NCBI GenBank assembly: GCA_020137815.1
Contig: CM035350.1
Coordinates: 744,001-808,000 of the forward strand
DNA from: Hormiphora californensis
Taxonomy: Eukaryota > Animalia > Ctenophora
Direction: 5' to 3'
DNA length: 64,000 bases
A program made the translations under genes and the position numbers. Of the stretch, positions 61,719 through 64,000 are shown piece by piece. Under the pieces are notes generated by a model. That model ran no database searches. It was not told where the DNA came from and worked only from the letters and a program-made list of their open reading frames with translations. How positions within the stretch are numbered: position 1 is the stretch's first letter; each line of letters opens with the position of its first letter.

Positions 61719-64000
61719 TCGTGCGCGGAATGTTTTTGCGAGTCACATCACATGTTAACGTGTGGTGTGCGCGTCAAAATTGATAAATTTCACATGCGCG
61801 GTCATTTTGGGGTGACAACTTCAAAAAATCCGACTTTAAAGAGGGTTCTTCCGCGCGCCACAGTGCATTTTGACGTGACCAGGGTGTCCGGTTCACCCAG
61901 AAAATTGTGTGTGCGCGCAGATGATTTTTTTTCTCGTGATCAGGAAACTTTCATCTTTTTTTCCATTTTTCACAAAAGGAGTTCAGAAATGCTTAAAATC
62001 GTTTAAAAACGCCTCAAAATGTCCGAAATTTTCGGGGGGGGCTTCGCCCCCTCAACCCCCACCGGGGCTTGCAGCCCCTGGACCCTGCCTGCGGGGGCTC
62101 TGCCCCCTACGCCCCCGCCGGGGCTGCGCCCCTGGACCCTGCTTGTGGGGGGTTTCACCCCCCACACCCCCTGACCGAGGCTGCCGCCCCTGGCCCCGGA
62201 CACCCAGGGACTTGCTGGGCCGACGGCCCAGCGCCGTCCCTGCATAACCCCAACCCAGGGGTGGTGCATGGCTCTCAGCCAGGGCGTCCTCCCTGGATAC
62301 TAAGGGTGTGAGCCGTGAAGCAACATTTTTGAAAGAGTCTGGACTCTGGGGCATTGGCATACGTTGCAGGCCCCTTATAATATAATATAAGGGGCCTGGA
62401 GGGAATACCGCGCTAGGGGGGGAATACATAATCAATCATATCTCCGGTTCCAGTTAAGGTACAAAAATCGTTTTGGTAGCGTTGGAAAGAGGAAGATAAC
62501 AGCTTTCAAATGCAACCGGTTTCAGGTCTCTATCTTATCAGGAACAGGAGATATGAACCAAACTCCGCAAAATCGAGTGCGGTAAAATAAAAAAATTCGA
62601 GATTTTAATTCAAATTTGAAACAAAGTGTCCCTGCAGGGATCTGTGACGTCACTTTTTGAAAACAACCAATCTTTGAACGGCTATTGCTCAGCTTCCTGA
62701 AGTCCAATTTACTTCTCTCAAAAACAGCAAGGTAGATAATTGTCAGATCTAACAGCTAGTGAAAGAATCAAGTCAAACGGACTTCAGGGGCCAAAGTTAT
62801 AAGCACCGCCGTTTTTTCGCTCGCAAAGTTATCTTCGACCCAGCCGGGCCCGTCCTGAGCTCAGGCCAAACGCGCGCGCGGCATTCCCTTCAGTCCCCTC
62901 GTTGCGGGGGTGCGCGCATGAGGGGGCTGCAGCGCATTCCAATCTGGGGCATTTTTTCAAATCTGGCTGAAAAGAAATCTGTCGCTTAACTTGAATTAAC
63001 GGAAAATAGTTAAAAAGCGTCGCTATTAATGTAACACGCGAAATATGTCTGGATACAAATGGTTAAAACGCTGCCAAAACTTCAATTTCTTAAGCCGCGC
63101 GCTGATAAATTTGTTTTCGGTCAGGTGAAATCGCCCAAACTTTTTTTTCTTCTTTGAATCACCATTTTCTCCCTTTGTCGCAATGAAAAGTGTCCTGGAC
63201 ACACAGAACAGTGTTCAGTAGACAGCCTAGCTTCACCACAGCCGCAACCCGAACCCTAGCCGTAAACCTAACTTTACTTTAGGCTTTAGCCCTAACCCTA
63301 AAAGGCCGTGATGTTGACACTCAAAACACGTTTCCCGTTACAATCTGTGTGTTTCAAGGAAAATGTTAAAATATTAATATATATATATATTGGTAGTATT
63401 ATAATCTTTCCACGATTTGAACCAATTTCTTTTAGCGATGAAGGCCAAGGAAGAAGCAAAAACTTCAACAATCTTCATCAGAGGCCTCAACACTGGCACA
63501 GATTCTGACAAGCTCACCGAAACATTTACATCTTTTGGTGGTTTTTAGAAATTGTCAGCCCCCATTTGTGAGAGAGAGAGAGAAATAGTAATCCTTCAAA
63601 TAGGAACAATGAAACATTTCATTGTAGCACCGTTTTCAAGGACTGCAGAAGAAGCAAACATAACTAGCTGGGATGTGAGAAGAGAAAAGAAAAAGATAGA
63701 ACAAACAAAACATCAACAGTTTGAAAATAGAGGTCACGGGGAGAGTAAAAGCAATTAGTGAATTGAAAAAGCACAGATCTTTAGAACTAGAACGTAAGGC
63801 ATATTTTACAATGTAACTTTCAGTATTAACATAATTACGATACTTATAAATGGATAGTATATAAGGGACGGTATAACCTAAGTTGTTCAGAGAGAGGCAT
63901 AAGTAGTGTCCGATACCACAAGATTACAAATGATACTCCATTAAGGAACAAACATTGAGAACTTTATTACAGAACGGGGGAAGAAGAAAGTAGTAGGCCT

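Larger units (their letters stand above)
57929..61835. mobile_element. Small Kolobok-like MITE inside the outer hAT, split by the inner hAT
   Basis: TIR AGTC(C)GGATTTTTTGAAGTTGT.ACCCC with CTAA/TTAA flanks. It is absent from the equivalent position of the inner hAT copy (GAGCATAAAGAGGG). Confidence 0.6.
57714..62242 (+). mobile_element. hAT-like MITE (outer element of a nested stack)
   Basis: 15-bp perfect TIR CAGGGACGGCGCTGG; 8-bp TSD CATAACCC (57706-57713 and 62243-62250). Confidence 0.9.

Noticed and set aside
57678-62435. GC-rich ORFs as a hAT transposase
   Set aside because: They lie in MITE arms and show no BED finger, DDE or dimerisation motifs.
63245-63300. Telomeric (CCCTAA)n
   Set aside because: Only a few degenerate units at an internal position.

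Overview
Compact, intron-rich animal genomic DNA. Nested genes, short GT-AG introns with CTAAC-type branch points and the GPCR style are consistent with a ctenophore, but this is inference. Parts look like unpolished long-read sequence with indel errors. The + strand carries the 3' part of TAF1, an aftiphilin-like gene and DDX46/Prp5, tightly packed; a class A GPCR lies antisense inside a DDX46 intron. The - strand carries a six-Ig single-pass receptor, an EXD1-like pseudo-exonuclease and a villin/advillin-like gene with an unknown same-strand gene nested in one intron. Introns hold many non-autonomous transposons (Kolobok-, Helitron-, Harbinger-, pogo-, hAT- and Transib-like). Top candidates: (1) the Ig receptor, whose cytoplasmic tail is a ~450-aa E/R-rich single-alpha-helix rod ending in a stand-alone dynein-type microtubule-binding domain; (2) a Transib/RAG-like element (51915-53170) with a perfect CACAGTG heptamer at both ends, a 5-bp TSD and a shared ACATAGG motif after 12-bp and 23-bp spacers, plus a second family with 10/21 spacing inside a four-level nested transposon; (3) recurrent tandem duplications centred on splice sites.
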